Positions 11,260 through 22,053 of a DNA stretch of 64,000 nucleotides are shown piece by piece (positions within the stretch are counted from its first letter, which is position 1; every line of letters starts with the position of its first letter). Below the pieces are notes generated by a model. It worked only from the letters and a program-made list of their open reading frames with translations, searched no databases and was not told the origin of the DNA. The translations under genes and the position numbers were made by a program. Source of the stretch: an uncultured cyanobacterium (lineage in GTDB: Bacteria; Cyanobacteriota; Cyanobacteriia; Cyanobacteriales; CAWCAG01); NCBI GenBank assembly GCA_963793425.1, contig CAWCAG010000005.1, positions 1,280,001 to 1,344,000 on the forward strand. Direction: 5' to 3'.

Positions 11260-11718
11260 ATGAGTAACTCTGATTTCTTTCAGTTTGAAGCAGACTTCGT
11301 TGACTCTATGCGTTGCATCCCAATGATAGTTAGGATGAAATTGGATACTTGCGGTGTCAAACTTAAGTTAGCCCACTGGCATCAATTTAGTGAAGAAGAA
11401 CATCAAATTCTAGTGAATTTGCCTTGTACCACTCCCCAGGAGATTCAAGCTTATCGGGAGTATCTGCAAAATAAAGTTAGGGAGAAAAACGGTAATCCTG
11501 CTAAAGAGTTAACTATAAATCCCCATCCTCCTTGGCTAAATAAGCAAATAATTCCTGGGGATATCCAAGAAAAAGCCCAAGAATGGGATGTAAGTATTAA
11601 CCAACAACAATGGCAAAATCTCACTCCTTTACAGCGTTTTGCCCTGATAAAATTAAGTCGCCCTAGCCACGAAAACAATAATTTTTATCCAGCATTACAG
11701 GAGTTTGATTTAATTTAA
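11260..11718 (+). CDS. narM: Nitrate reductase-associated protein (NarM-like)
   Basis: FFQFEADFVDSMRCIPMIVRMKLDTCGVKLKL and LQRFALIKLSRPSHEN. Confidence 0.8.
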   Translation: MSNSDFFQFEADFVDSMRCIPMIVRMKLDTCGVKLKLAHWHQFSEEEHQILVNLPCTTPQEIQAYREYLQNKVREKNGNPAKELTINPHPPWLNKQIIPGDIQEKAQEWDVSINQQQWQNLTPLQRFALIKLSRPSHENNNFYPALQEFDLI

Positions 11719-11877
11719 GGAATACCTAAGAAGTGGTAAGGTGATGTAGCCAATTACTGAAATTGCGAACAATCAAGTTCGGTTTTACTATTTTTTAAAT
11801 AGCTTCTTCCCGCTACCATCATATATGTAATAACAAAAAGTTTTAATATTGCTAGCTATAAAGAGGGGCGATCCACT

Positions 11878-13422
11878 GTGAAGAAATGGCTACTACAAAC
11901 CCTAAGTGAAGTTTTAGAACAAAGTGAACCAACTGTTGCTTGCCCGAAAGCAAAGGAGAAAGGTAGCCGGCAAAGTCCTTCTGATGAGTTAGTTACGGGG
12001 CTACAGAGGGCTGAGGGAGAGTGGAGTGGTGCGATCGCAGCATTGGAAACCATACTTCTACAATGCTTTGCTGGGGGGCAATCACAGTCTGAAGAGCCTC
12101 AAGGAATAATTTTATCAGGGCCAGCACCTGTTTTAACTAAAAAAGCCATTATTTCCCAAATTTATCGAGGCATTTTTACACCAGAGGGAATTAAATCTTT
12201 TAACTTGATGCCTTTTTGTCTGCCAGGATCGAGTCAAAAAACTGAAGCAAAAGCGACTCATTCTGTGGCAGAGTTTCCCTTATTATCTGTTGATCCCATT
12301 GCAGCCGAACAATTTTGTTTAGTTTGTACTAGTGATTTTGCTCTGGTTATAGTTTTGGGGGAAGATAGTTTTGGTACAACCAGATTTCAATTTTCCTTTG
12401 AACCAGAAGTAGTTAGGAAAGCTTGGCAAATATTGAGGGCAAGGTTGCTTTTTGCTAACTTCGGAAAGTTGGCTTATCTTGATAGCTTGTTTGAGAAATT
12501 TGCACCTATACCACCAGATTATCGTACGGTGATGCAATTCAGCCGTGAGATTCTTAAAAATTTGCCAGATATCACTCTTGGAGAAACTGAACCTCAGAAG
12601 GAAATAAGGATTCAAACCAACCAAGAAACAGAAGCTGCTGAATTAATCAACCTTAATAAATACAAAACAGAGGTTAAAGATAAAAGAGACAACAGTACTC
12701 CAGAATTAGAGTTGTTACAAGCCCTTACCCATGAAATTCGTACTCCCCTAACCACCATTCGTACGATGACAAAGCTGCTGTTGAAAAAGCGTAAGCAATT
12801 CTCAGCAGATGTGATTAAGCGTTTGGAAGTTATTGATCAAGAATGTACTGAACAAATTGATCGCATGGAGTTAATTTTTCGGGCAGCAGAGATGGAAACT
12901 ACTACTGTTAATTCCCCAGAAGTTCAACTAACTACTATTTATTTAGATCAAGTCTTTCAACAAAGTATACCTCGTTGGCAAAAGCAAGCTCAAAGGCGCA
13001 AAGTTAATCTGGAGTTTACTTTACCAAAAAAGTTACCCAAAGTTGTTAGTGATCCGGGAATGTTGGATCGGGTTTTGACAGGTTTAATGGAGAATTTTAC
13101 CCGCAGTTTGCCCACAGGAGGAGAAATTCAAGTTCAAGTAACTACCGCTGGAAATCAGCTTAAGTTACAGTTTCTTTCTCAATGTCACTATCAAAATGAT
13201 AGTCTCAAATCTTTGGGGCAACTGCTGATGTTTCAACCCGAAACAGGCAGTTTGAGTCTCAATTTAAATGTTACCAAAAATCTTTTCCACGCCCTAGGAG
13301 GCAAGTTGATTGTGCGTCAACGCCCTCAACAAGGGGAAGTGTTTACTGTTTTCTTACCCCTAAGTAGCCCCTCTGGAGAAGGAGATTGGGGAAGTATTCA
13401 GTATCAAGCGCTTAATCATTGA
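11878..13422 (+). CDS. Soluble sensor histidine kinase, Hik34-like, with atypical ATPase domain
   Basis: H-box THEIRTPLTTIRT; C-terminal LMFQPETGSLSLNLNVTKNLF without canonical G boxes; no TM segments. Confidence 0.75.
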   Translation: MKKWLLQTLSEVLEQSEPTVACPKAKEKGSRQSPSDELVTGLQRAEGEWSGAIAALETILLQCFAGGQSQSEEPQGIILSGPAPVLTKKAIISQIYRGIFTPEGIKSFNLMPFCLPGSSQKTEAKATHSVAEFPLLSVDPIAAEQFCLVCTSDFALVIVLGEDSFGTTRFQFSFEPEVVRKAWQILRARLLFANFGKLAYLDSLFEKFAPIPPDYRTVMQFSREILKNLPDITLGETEPQKEIRIQTNQETEAAELINLNKYKTEVKDKRDNSTPELELLQALTHEIRTPLTTIRTMTKLLLKKRKQFSADVIKRLEVIDQECTEQIDRMELIFRAAEMETTTVNSPEVQLTTIYLDQVFQQSIPRWQKQAQRRKVNLEFTLPKKLPKVVSDPGMLDRVLTGLMENFTRSLPTGGEIQVQVTTAGNQLKLQFLSQCHYQNDSLKSLGQLLMFQPETGSLSLNLNVTKNLFHALGGKLIVRQRPQQGEVFTVFLPLSSPSGEGDWGSIQYQALNH

Positions 13423-13558
13423 TCATTAATCATTTAACATTAAACATTTATCAATTATCAATTGTTTCAAGATTTCTTGTAGGGGCGGGTTTTGAGTTAA
13501 ATTATGAGATTAACCTTCAACTAAATAAACCTGCCCTAACACACAATTTAATTGTCAA

Positions 13559-15076
13559 TTATTCTAAATATTCAATCTTATATAAATAATAGTTTTCATT
13601 ATAAATCAGGCTGTTTTTAAAAACTCCTAGAGGTTGGGTGGAGAGATTAGTTGTTGATTCTTCTAGAGGATAGTTGAGGATGAGGAGTATATCTGTCTTC
13701 TTTTCTGTAAGCAGCTTCTCGACTTGGTTTAAAACCGTAACTATATCAACTTCTTGCCTTTGATTATTAAATAAAACAAAGCTGCCCATCTTTTGGCTTT
13801 CAGGGTAGTAAATTTTCCTTTCTAAGTAACCTGCTAAAGGAGACATGGCGAAGTCTTGGCTACCGACAATAAACATCTCTGCTAAGTTGTCTTGGCGGAT
13901 AAAGTTGGCGGTTGCTTTACTCGCAGAATAGGGGACAAATAAGTCACGGCTATAGGCAACTAAGCCAGCAATTAATTGGCTCAGTAAGATGATGAGCAGT
14001 AGAGTTTTTTTATACTTATTTGTAAATTTTAGCCCTGAAAGAAAAATATTTCGGGAGAGAAAGTTAGAAGAGGGATAATAACTAGCTAGCCATAAAGCAG
14101 TAATCAAAATTATATATAAATGTCCGTAGTGTCTGGGAGAACCTAAGAATTTAACGTAGGTGAAAAAGATAATTTCTGAGGTAGCTAATAAATAGAACAA
14201 AGCGACAACTGGTTTGTTGCTTAAACTAATAAAAATGAAAGTAGCGAGAAAAATAGAAATGAGAGCGAATAAAGATAAGGAATAAAATTGTGAATCTCCG
14301 GGAACTAAGATGAGTATATAACTACTCCATAAACGGCTTAAGGAAGCAACTAGATGGTGAAAGTTAAACTGGAAATTTAACTGCACTCCTCCTTGCAAGC
14401 TACTATCTGGAGGAGGAATAAGTTGTAAGAAAGAAATGATGATTCCGCTGAGAAAGATGCTTAAGCTAGTTAGTTTGTTAATAGTGGTGGCGCGGGTGTA
14501 ATAAGTAATTTTTCTTTGCCATAAATATTCAGCTATTAAACTTACTCCTAACGCGATCGCAATAAATAAACAATAGGCATTAGAGTTAGCCATTAATAGT
14601 AGCAAGCAAGCTAAAGGTAAGTAATTTTTCTTTCTGGTTTCGTATACTGTACAAAACGCAAAAATACATAATACTCCTATGGCATAGTTGCGACTAATAA
14701 CTAAGTATTCATAAAGGGGAAAGTAACCGAGTGTGAATAAAAACTTTTGCCTAATAGTGAAAGGAGAAAACCTGAGAAAAAGAGTAACAAAAGCAATTGC
14801 CAAGAGGAGATGAAAAAGTTGCATTATGAAAGGGTTATAGGTAACTTGCTTCAACCCAAACAAGCAAAGATACCACAAACCAGGATGCCCTTCATATTGA
14901 ATAGTTTGAAACATTTCTACTAGAGAACTACTATCCCTAGCTACTAACCAAGCATTCAGTTCATCACGCCACATTGAATGTCGCAAAATTCCGATTAAGC
15001 CTAAACAAATGTAAGTAGGAAGTAAAATATAAGGGAAGAGTTTTGGTTGAGAAAATAATCTTTTACTTATGTTCAT
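13559..15076 (-). CDS. Polytopic membrane protein, GT-C glycosyltransferase-like
   Basis: WRDE and YEGHPGLWY after TM1; many TM helices. Confidence 0.65.
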   Translation of the reverse strand: MNISKRLFSQPKLFPYILLPTYICLGLIGILRHSMWRDELNAWLVARDSSSLVEMFQTIQYEGHPGLWYLCLFGLKQVTYNPFIMQLFHLLLAIAFVTLFLRFSPFTIRQKFLFTLGYFPLYEYLVISRNYAIGVLCIFAFCTVYETRKKNYLPLACLLLLMANSNAYCLFIAIALGVSLIAEYLWQRKITYYTRATTINKLTSLSIFLSGIIISFLQLIPPPDSSLQGGVQLNFQFNFHHLVASLSRLWSSYILILVPGDSQFYSLSLFALISIFLATFIFISLSNKPVVALFYLLATSEIIFFTYVKFLGSPRHYGHLYIILITALWLASYYPSSNFLSRNIFLSGLKFTNKYKKTLLLIILLSQLIAGLVAYSRDLFVPYSASKATANFIRQDNLAEMFIVGSQDFAMSPLAGYLERKIYYPESQKMGSFVLFNNQRQEVDIVTVLNQVEKLLTEKKTDILLILNYPLEESTTNLSTQPLGVFKNSLIYNENYYLYKIEYLE

Positions 15077-15214
15077 AAGCTAGTTGTTTAATGTAGCCTG
15101 CGGCAAGGCTAACGCCAATAATGATTAAATACTGTACCTTTTTTCTTCTGAATTAGAAAATCACTTGTGGCAAGATGAGAAATAGAGATACAAAAAAACT
15201 CTGATGCCCTGGCT

Positions 15215-18200
15215 ATGAAACTTAACCTCCGTTTTCCTTCGCCCCAGCAAGTTAGTGTTGAATTTGAACAAGAAACTGAAACCTTAGAATTTGTCTCACC
15301 TTTAAAGCCGGAGGATCACGAAGAAATAGGTTGGTATTTAGAAACCTACGCCACTCAATATACTACGGAGGTGGATGATGAGAGGGCTAAACGCATTGAA
15401 GAGAAACTCTCTCAATGGGGAGAAGATTTGTTTACTTCGGTATTCAATAATCGTGCGGCACAAAGAATTTTTAATGCTTTTCAAGAAGAAGAAGAAGTTG
15501 GGCGTTTAATCACCATCAGCGCCCAAAATCCAGAAATCCTCGCTTTACCTTGGGAATTGCTACGAGATCCCCAAGGTACTTATCTATGTCACGAAAATCC
15601 CCGTATTTCTATTCGTCGTCGCTTTGCCAAAGCAGGGGGAGGGCGCAAACCTTTTAAGGTTAAAGCAAAGAAGAAACTGCGCTTACTTTATATTATTAGT
15701 CGTCCCAATGATTGTAATTTCATTGACCCCAGAGGAGAATCTCAAGGAGTTTTAGAAGCGATCGCCCAAGCAGCACCCGGAATAGTAGAAGTTGAGTTTC
15801 TGCGCCCTCCCACCCTTAGCCAATTAGTTGAACGCTTAGAAAATCGGCACTTACCAACGATTGATCTGATTCATTTTGATGGACATGGGGTTTTTGATGC
15901 TGATGGTAGTTTTGCAGCGAAAAGTAACAATCCTGATGCTGCTACCAAAAAAGCCAAGGGGAATATGGGTTATCTCCTCTTTGAAAAGCCTTCCGGAGAA
16001 GGAGACTTAATTAGTGCCGAAAAGTTGGGGAATATGCTGCATCGCCAAAAGATTAGCGCTATTATCCTCTCCGCTTGCCAGTCGGCACAAATGGGGAATG
16101 AACCGATGGGCAGTGTTGCAGCCCGGTTAACCCATGCTGGCATTCCCACAGTTTTAGCTATGACTTATTCGGTGTTGGTAAGAACAGCTAAGCAGCTTTT
16201 TCAGGAATTTTACCGCCATTTGTTACAGGGAGAAGGCATGGGAGAAGCCTTGGATAATGCCCGTCGTAACTTGTATATCAATTCGGAGCGCGGCGAAAGG
16301 CAACGGGGCCAAGCAAGAATTACTTTGCAAGTGCAAGATTGGTTTTTGCCAGCCCTTTATCAATCAGGAAACGATACACCTTTATTGCCACCAGGGGAAG
16401 TTATCACAGAAGAAAAGAAAACTATTCCGAATAACTTACCGGAGGTACAAGAAGCGGGATTTTGGGGTAGGAGTAGGGAACTATGGGAGATTGAAACAGC
16501 CTTTGTGCGGGGTACAAGGCGCATTACGGTTCATGGTTTCGGAGGACAGGGAAAAACCTATTTAGTACAGGAAGTAGGGCGCTGGTTACAACGTACAGTC
16601 ATGTTTAGTCATGTTTGTTTTGTCGATTATGCTGCTTTTCAGGGTATTGATGCCGTGGGATTGGCGGTTAGTAGTTTAGGAGTAGTTTTAGAAAAAAGTT
16701 TTGTAGATGCTGAAGCGGTAGAGAATTACCTGCGATCGCCTGATCAAAAACTTTCCCTACTGTTAATCCTCGACAACTTAGAAACCCTTACCCCAGAAGC
16801 ATCACAAGAACTCCTCACCGTAGCTAAGAAATGGTCAGAAATTGGCAACAATCGCCTCCTCATCACTACCAGGCAAGGAAACTTAAACCATCCTGATTAT
16901 CCCATCTCCGGCAGCCGCAAACATATTTCTTTGGCTTTGAAGGGATTAGGCAGAGAAGATGCCCTAAGTTATTTCCAGGAATTAATGAAGTTACCCCCAA
17001 AACCTTTATTCCCTCCACCGCCACGGAGAAAGTTATTGAGGCTGTTCGGAATAGTAGATTTTCATCTTTTATCTATTGGTTTATTGGCGAATCAGTTAAA
17101 AGTGCAACGAGTTGGAGAAGTAAAAGGAAGTTTAGAGAAATTAATTGAAGAAGCGATCGCAGCGACAGCAAACAGTGAGGATAAAAATGTAAGTTTGTTA
17201 GCTTCTTTGCGGTTGTCTTTACAGATGTTGCCGGAAGAGGTGCAGGGTTTGCTGCCGAAGTTGGGGGTTTTTCATGGTGGTGTTTGGGAACCGATGATTA
17301 CTGATGTGATGAAATTATTTACAGAGGAGCAATGGCAACAATTACGCCCAGCTTTGGAAAATGCCGGCTTAATTCAGCCAGAAATTCTACCAGGATGGAA
17401 TGCTCCCTACCTCAAATTTCATCCCACCTTAACCCCTGCCTTGCGCCAGGAGGGGAGTGCTAATATTACTTCTTTACAGGAGAGTTACTGCCAGGCTTAT
17501 TATCAACTATCTCTTTACCTTTACACTGAAGATGATAAAAACCCCCATCAAGTCCGTGCCATTGCTAAACGGGAATTACCAAACCTCCTTAATGCTGTGA
17601 AACAAGCTTTAGATACAGAGGTAGATTATGCTGTTAATTTTATTGACAATGTAAACAAGTTCCTTAACCATTTTGGGCTGAATCGGGAACGGGCGGAATT
17701 AACAGAAAGAGTCCAAAAGTTAAGTCAGGATGTAGGTTCCCCAAGTTGGTATCTTGCTCAAACTAATCAGGGGGAACAGCTATACGATGGAGGGCGTTAC
17801 CAAGAAGCAGCACAGGTATTTGCTGCTATTTTACAATGCTTGGGTGATGCTCCCAGTTACAATCTTTGTATCACTCTGAATCGCTTGGGGCGCTGTTTAA
17901 GGCATCAAGGGCAAGCAGCCCAAAGTGCGGCAATGTATCGTCAGGCTTTGGCTGTGGCAGCAGAGTTGGAAGTTACTCCCGGTGTGCAGCGACAGATAGG
18001 AATTTTGCATACAGATTTAGCTGATGTGCTTACAGATATGGGGCAGTTTGGGGAAGCTAAGGAGAATTATGAAAAATCCTTAGCTATTGATAAAGAAATA
18101 GGAGATAAGCGGGGAGAAGCTGTTACTCAATTACAAATGGGAACTCTGGCTTTGGTGCAAGGTGATTTAGTGGAGGCGGAGAAATCCTACCAGGTTGCTT

Positions 18201-18982
18201 TGCAGGATTTTCAGCAGTTAGGGGAACCAAAAGAAGAAGCAACTGCTTGGCATCAACTGGCTATGGTGTATCAGAAAGCAAAGGTTTGGGGGCAGGCGGA
18301 GTCTGCTTATCGGCAGTCGGCACAGATTAAGGAAAGTCAGGGGAATTTAGCTGGGGCAGCAACGACTTGGAATCAGTTGGCTTTGGTTTGTAAATATACA
18401 GGGAAGTTGGAGGAGGCGGAGGCTTGGTATCGGAAGGGGATTGAGGGTTTTAAAGTTACAGGTGATAAAATTAATCAATCTAAAGCACTTAACAACCTTG
18501 CTAATTTACTGCAAAACCAACCCCAACGCCTCCCAGAAGCACAACAACTAGTAGAGGAAGCTTTAGCAATTGACAAAACCTTAGACCCAGGTGCAGCAGA
18601 GATTTGGAAAACTTACAACATTTTGGCAGAGATTACCCAGAAGCAAGGGGAAAGTTCCCAAGCTAGGGATTATCGCCGTTTAGCCAGGGAAGCGAAGTGG
18701 AATTTTGCTGGTACGAGGTATGAATTACGGAAGCATGGTGAGTTTATTGCTGAGGTTGTGGCTGCGGTGAGTGATGGTGAGGTTAGGCAGCAGTTGGAGG
18801 AATTTATTTCTGGCTTTGAAGGTGTTTGGGAAAACCTTGCGGCAGCAATTCGACAAATTCTTGCAGGGGAAAGGGATGAAGATGTTTTTCTTGAGGATTT
18901 GGATTTAGATGACTCAACTGTTATCATCCGTGCTATTTTACAGGGCATTGCTAACCCGGAAACGTTGCAAGCCTGGGAATAA
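15215..18982 (+). CDS. CHAT (caspase-like) protease + P-loop NTPase + TPR protein
   Basis: LPWELL, IHFDGHG (His), ILSACQS (Cys); Walker A GFGGQGKT, Walker B LLILDNLE; C-terminal TPRs. Confidence 0.9.
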   Translation: MKLNLRFPSPQQVSVEFEQETETLEFVSPLKPEDHEEIGWYLETYATQYTTEVDDERAKRIEEKLSQWGEDLFTSVFNNRAAQRIFNAFQEEEEVGRLITISAQNPEILALPWELLRDPQGTYLCHENPRISIRRRFAKAGGGRKPFKVKAKKKLRLLYIISRPNDCNFIDPRGESQGVLEAIAQAAPGIVEVEFLRPPTLSQLVERLENRHLPTIDLIHFDGHGVFDADGSFAAKSNNPDAATKKAKGNMGYLLFEKPSGEGDLISAEKLGNMLHRQKISAIILSACQSAQMGNEPMGSVAARLTHAGIPTVLAMTYSVLVRTAKQLFQEFYRHLLQGEGMGEALDNARRNLYINSERGERQRGQARITLQVQDWFLPALYQSGNDTPLLPPGEVITEEKKTIPNNLPEVQEAGFWGRSRELWEIETAFVRGTRRITVHGFGGQGKTYLVQEVGRWLQRTVMFSHVCFVDYAAFQGIDAVGLAVSSLGVVLEKSFVDAEAVENYLRSPDQKLSLLLILDNLETLTPEASQELLTVAKKWSEIGNNRLLITTRQGNLNHPDYPISGSRKHISLALKGLGREDALSYFQELMKLPPKPLFPPPPRRKLLRLFGIVDFHLLSIGLLANQLKVQRVGEVKGSLEKLIEEAIAATANSEDKNVSLLASLRLSLQMLPEEVQGLLPKLGVFHGGVWEPMITDVMKLFTEEQWQQLRPALENAGLIQPEILPGWNAPYLKFHPTLTPALRQEGSANITSLQESYCQAYYQLSLYLYTEDDKNPHQVRAIAKRELPNLLNAVKQALDTEVDYAVNFIDNVNKFLNHFGLNRERAELTERVQKLSQDVGSPSWYLAQTNQGEQLYDGGRYQEAAQVFAAILQCLGDAPSYNLCITLNRLGRCLRHQGQAAQSAAMYRQALAVAAELEVTPGVQRQIGILHTDLADVLTDMGQFGEAKENYEKSLAIDKEIGDKRGEAVTQLQMGTLALVQGDLVEAEKSYQVALQDFQQLGEPKEEATAWHQLAMVYQKAKVWGQAESAYRQSAQIKESQGNLAGAATTWNQLALVCKYTGKLEEAEAWYRKGIEGFKVTGDKINQSKALNNLANLLQNQPQRLPEAQQLVEEALAIDKTLDPGAAEIWKTYNILAEITQKQGESSQARDYRRLAREAKWNFAGTRYELRKHGEFIAEVVAAVSDGEVRQQLEEFISGFEGVWENLAAAIRQILAGERDEDVFLEDLDLDDSTVIIRAILQGIANPETLQAWE

Positions 18983-19118
18983 ATTCCCAGACTAATAGCT
19001 AAAGTCATCTGAAGATGACTAATAAAGAGCAACGCTTCTCACAGATTAACCATAACCAGGAAATGAAGGGATTCCAGCTAGTTGATTCTTTTACCCTTAC
19101 CCTTTACCCATCAATACC

Positions 19119-19260
19119 GTAGGGGCAACCTGTTGAAATTAACTCAGCTATTACCAATAAATTACATAGGGTCGCCTGCCCCACCGATAATTCCCAGTCA
19201 GGGCAATCCATTACATTGATGGATAGGTGACTAAAACAAGGGAAGCGGGTCGCCCCTACA
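19119..19260. repeat. GTAGGGGC...CGCCCCTAC REP-like palindromic element(s); related copies near 13479-13540 and 28518-28580
   Basis: GTAGGGGCAACC at 19119 and GGGTCGCCCCTAC ending at 19259. Confidence 0.65.
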
Positions 19261-19570
19261 CATCGCTAATTCTTTGATTTTTACCTTAGCATCCCAGATA
19301 ATCCCGCCTCTGGCATCACTAGTAAAGAAGAGTTGTTAAGTTATTTTAAACTTCAATGGAATTTTACCTTGACAAGATAAAATTATTTTAGATAATGGGA
19401 ATATTGGCAATTCCAAATTCAAAAGCATCTATTTCCCCTTATGACATACTATCAGTAAAGAAAAAAATAATCAAGGCGATTTCAGCAATTATCAAATAAC
19501 TACAGCTTTACGGTAACGCTATGCGAACCCTATGAAACAATAGAATAATTCGCCTTGCTCTAGTTTACCT

Positions 19571-21319
19571 ATGCCCAAAAAAACCTTTTCTCTTCCTTGG
19601 CTCTCTTCTACTAGCTTGCAGCGTACTTTGCCACTACTTTTAATATGGATTGCTATTGGTACGGTACTGAGATTTATACAATTAACAGGGAAGCCACCTT
19701 GGACTGATGAGTTTGCTACTTTAGTATTTAGTTTAGGTAATAGTTATAAAAATGTTCCCCTGGATCAAATAATTTCTCCTGCCACTCTTTTGGAGCCGTT
19801 GAAAATAGTTCCTAATGCCGGACTTAACGACGTTTTTACTAACTTAATCAACGAAGACAATCATCCGCCAATTTACTTTCTGCTGGCTCACCTGTGGCAA
19901 AAACTATTACCTCAAACAGGAGAATATGTATCTCTTTGGGTAGCGCGATCGCTCCCTGCTTTTTTAGGAGTTCTATCTATTCCGGCTATTTATTTTTTAA
20001 GTATAATTAGTTTTCGTTCCCGCCTAGTTGCTCATTTCGCCGCCGCAATGATGGCTCTGTCTCCTTATAGTATTTTTTTGTCCCAAGAAGCAAGACATTA
20101 TACTTTAGCAATTCTTTTCGTTATTGCTAGTTTAACTTGTTTAATTGCGGCGCTACAAAAGCTAATTCGAGGTCAAAAGTTACCTTGGTGGTTGGTAATT
20201 GTTTGGCTGATTATTAATAGCTTAGGTTTCACAACTCATTACTTTTTTAGCTTAACTTTATGCGCCCAAGCAATTTCTCTCCTAACTTTATTTTGGCCAA
20301 AAATAAAGCAAATAACCCTCCCAGTTTCCTTATGGCGTTTAGGAATAGTCGTAGCAGGTACAATAATAACCAGCTTAACTTGGGTTTTAGTTTTTATTCC
20401 TCAAGATTATGGTAACAATATGGTAGCTTGGATTCAAAACGACGGGTTTTCTTTCTTAAGCTTAATCAATCCGCCTTTCCAACTATTTGCCACCTGGTTA
20501 ACCATGGTTTATTTATTGCCAGTAGAAGCTAGTTCTTTGATTGTAGTAATTGCTTCTGGCTTAATAATGTTATTCCTATTTCTATTCGCCTTACCTTTAC
20601 TCATTCGTGGTTTAAAAATCAAGCAGAAAAATCCTAATGCTCATATCGGCAAAAAGATTTTAACCAGCTTCATTATCGCGGGAATCGCCATCTTTTTATT
20701 CATCTCTTACTTTTTAGGAATCGATATTACTAGAGGAACGCGTTATAGCTTTGTTTATTTCCCGGCGGTGATTGTTTTGTTTGCTGCTAGTTTATCCCAG
20801 TGGTGGAAAGCAAAAGAACTGATTCCTCAACCTTATGGTAGCTTTTTACTAAAGAAGTTCGGTATTAAAAATCTGCAAACGAGAGGTAAAAATGCTATTA
20901 AAATTATCTTCATAGCCAGCTTATTAAGCGCCGTAACTGTTATTATCAATTTAGGTTATCAAAAATACTATCGCCCCGACTTATTCGTCTCTCTTTTAAA
21001 AGAAACTTCTAACCTACCAGTCTTAATTGCCACCACCCACGCTTCCTTAGTGCAAACCGGAGAAATGATGGGTATTGCTTGGGAATTACAACAAGAACCC
21101 TTTTCTCAGCCTGTAAACTTTTTACTTGCTCATCAAGAAGAAAGAGAATCTCTTTTAGCCACCAAAACCTTACAACAAGAAATGCAAAAAATACCTCGTC
21201 CTTTCGACCTCTGGGCTGTTAATTTTTATGCTCCTAAAAATATAGACAATTGCGTTAAAGATGAGAGCAAATTTCCTCATATAGATGGTTATGGATATGA
21301 AGTTTATCGTTGTAAGTAA
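19571..21319 (+). CDS. Glycosyltransferase family 39 / PMT-like membrane protein
   Basis: WTDE, DNHPPIYF, SQEARHY motifs; multiple TMs. Confidence 0.85.
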   Translation: MPKKTFSLPWLSSTSLQRTLPLLLIWIAIGTVLRFIQLTGKPPWTDEFATLVFSLGNSYKNVPLDQIISPATLLEPLKIVPNAGLNDVFTNLINEDNHPPIYFLLAHLWQKLLPQTGEYVSLWVARSLPAFLGVLSIPAIYFLSIISFRSRLVAHFAAAMMALSPYSIFLSQEARHYTLAILFVIASLTCLIAALQKLIRGQKLPWWLVIVWLIINSLGFTTHYFFSLTLCAQAISLLTLFWPKIKQITLPVSLWRLGIVVAGTIITSLTWVLVFIPQDYGNNMVAWIQNDGFSFLSLINPPFQLFATWLTMVYLLPVEASSLIVVIASGLIMLFLFLFALPLLIRGLKIKQKNPNAHIGKKILTSFIIAGIAIFLFISYFLGIDITRGTRYSFVYFPAVIVLFAASLSQWWKAKELIPQPYGSFLLKKFGIKNLQTRGKNAIKIIFIASLLSAVTVIINLGYQKYYRPDLFVSLLKETSNLPVLIATTHASLVQTGEMMGIAWELQQEPFSQPVNFLLAHQEERESLLATKTLQQEMQKIPRPFDLWAVNFYAPKNIDNCVKDESKFPHIDGYGYEVYRCK

Positions 21320-21467
21320 TAAGTAAATACCTTTTGGCAATGGCCGCAATTTTCTTGAAAGAAAGTAGGCAACAGAGAAGAGTTAGAATAAAATAGAGAC
21401 AGAGTAATCCCAGATGTTCAATGTTTAATGATAAATAATAAATGTTTAATGATAAATGATAAATGTC

Positions 21468-22049
21468 ATGCAATCTCCCTTAACTTTCCTTACCGTTGAA
21501 GACTACCTAGACACAGAAAAACATAGTAAAACTCGCCACGAATATGTAGATGGGCGAATTTTTGCTATGGCAGGTGCTAGCGAAGAACATAACTTAATAG
21601 CTGGTAATTTGTATACGGCATTGCGTTCCAATCTACGCGGAACATCTTGCCGCACCTTTGTTTCAGATATGAAAGTTAAAGTCTCGATACAAAAAGCCGA
21701 TATATTTTATTACCCCGACCTTTTAGTTACCTGTGACCCTGATGATAATGAAAGATACTATAAAACCAGTCCTAACTTAATTGTAGAAGTCCTATCTAAC
21801 TCTACTGAAACTACAGATAAAAGAGAAAAACGCCTCAATTATCAAACTATAGAAAGTTTACAAGAATATGTTTTAATCTCTCAAGACGAGATTAGAGTAG
21901 AAGTTTATCGTCGTAATGATCAAAATAATTGGTCAGTAGAAACGTTAGGCAAAGATGATAAATTGCAACTAAATTCAGTCGGGTTGACTTTAACAATGGC
22001 AGAAATTTACGAAGACGTAAACCCAGAAAAAATAGCTACAAAATCCTAA
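21468..22049 (+). CDS. Uma2 family putative endonuclease
   Basis: HEYVDGRIFAMAGAS, YYPDLLVTC, IVEVLS; likely start MQSP at 21468. Confidence 0.9.
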   Translation: MQSPLTFLTVEDYLDTEKHSKTRHEYVDGRIFAMAGASEEHNLIAGNLYTALRSNLRGTSCRTFVSDMKVKVSIQKADIFYYPDLLVTCDPDDNERYYKTSPNLIVEVLSNSTETTDKREKRLNYQTIESLQEYVLISQDEIRVEVYRRNDQNNWSVETLGKDDKLQLNSVGLTLTMAEIYEDVNPEKIATKS

Positions 22050-22053
22050 CTTA

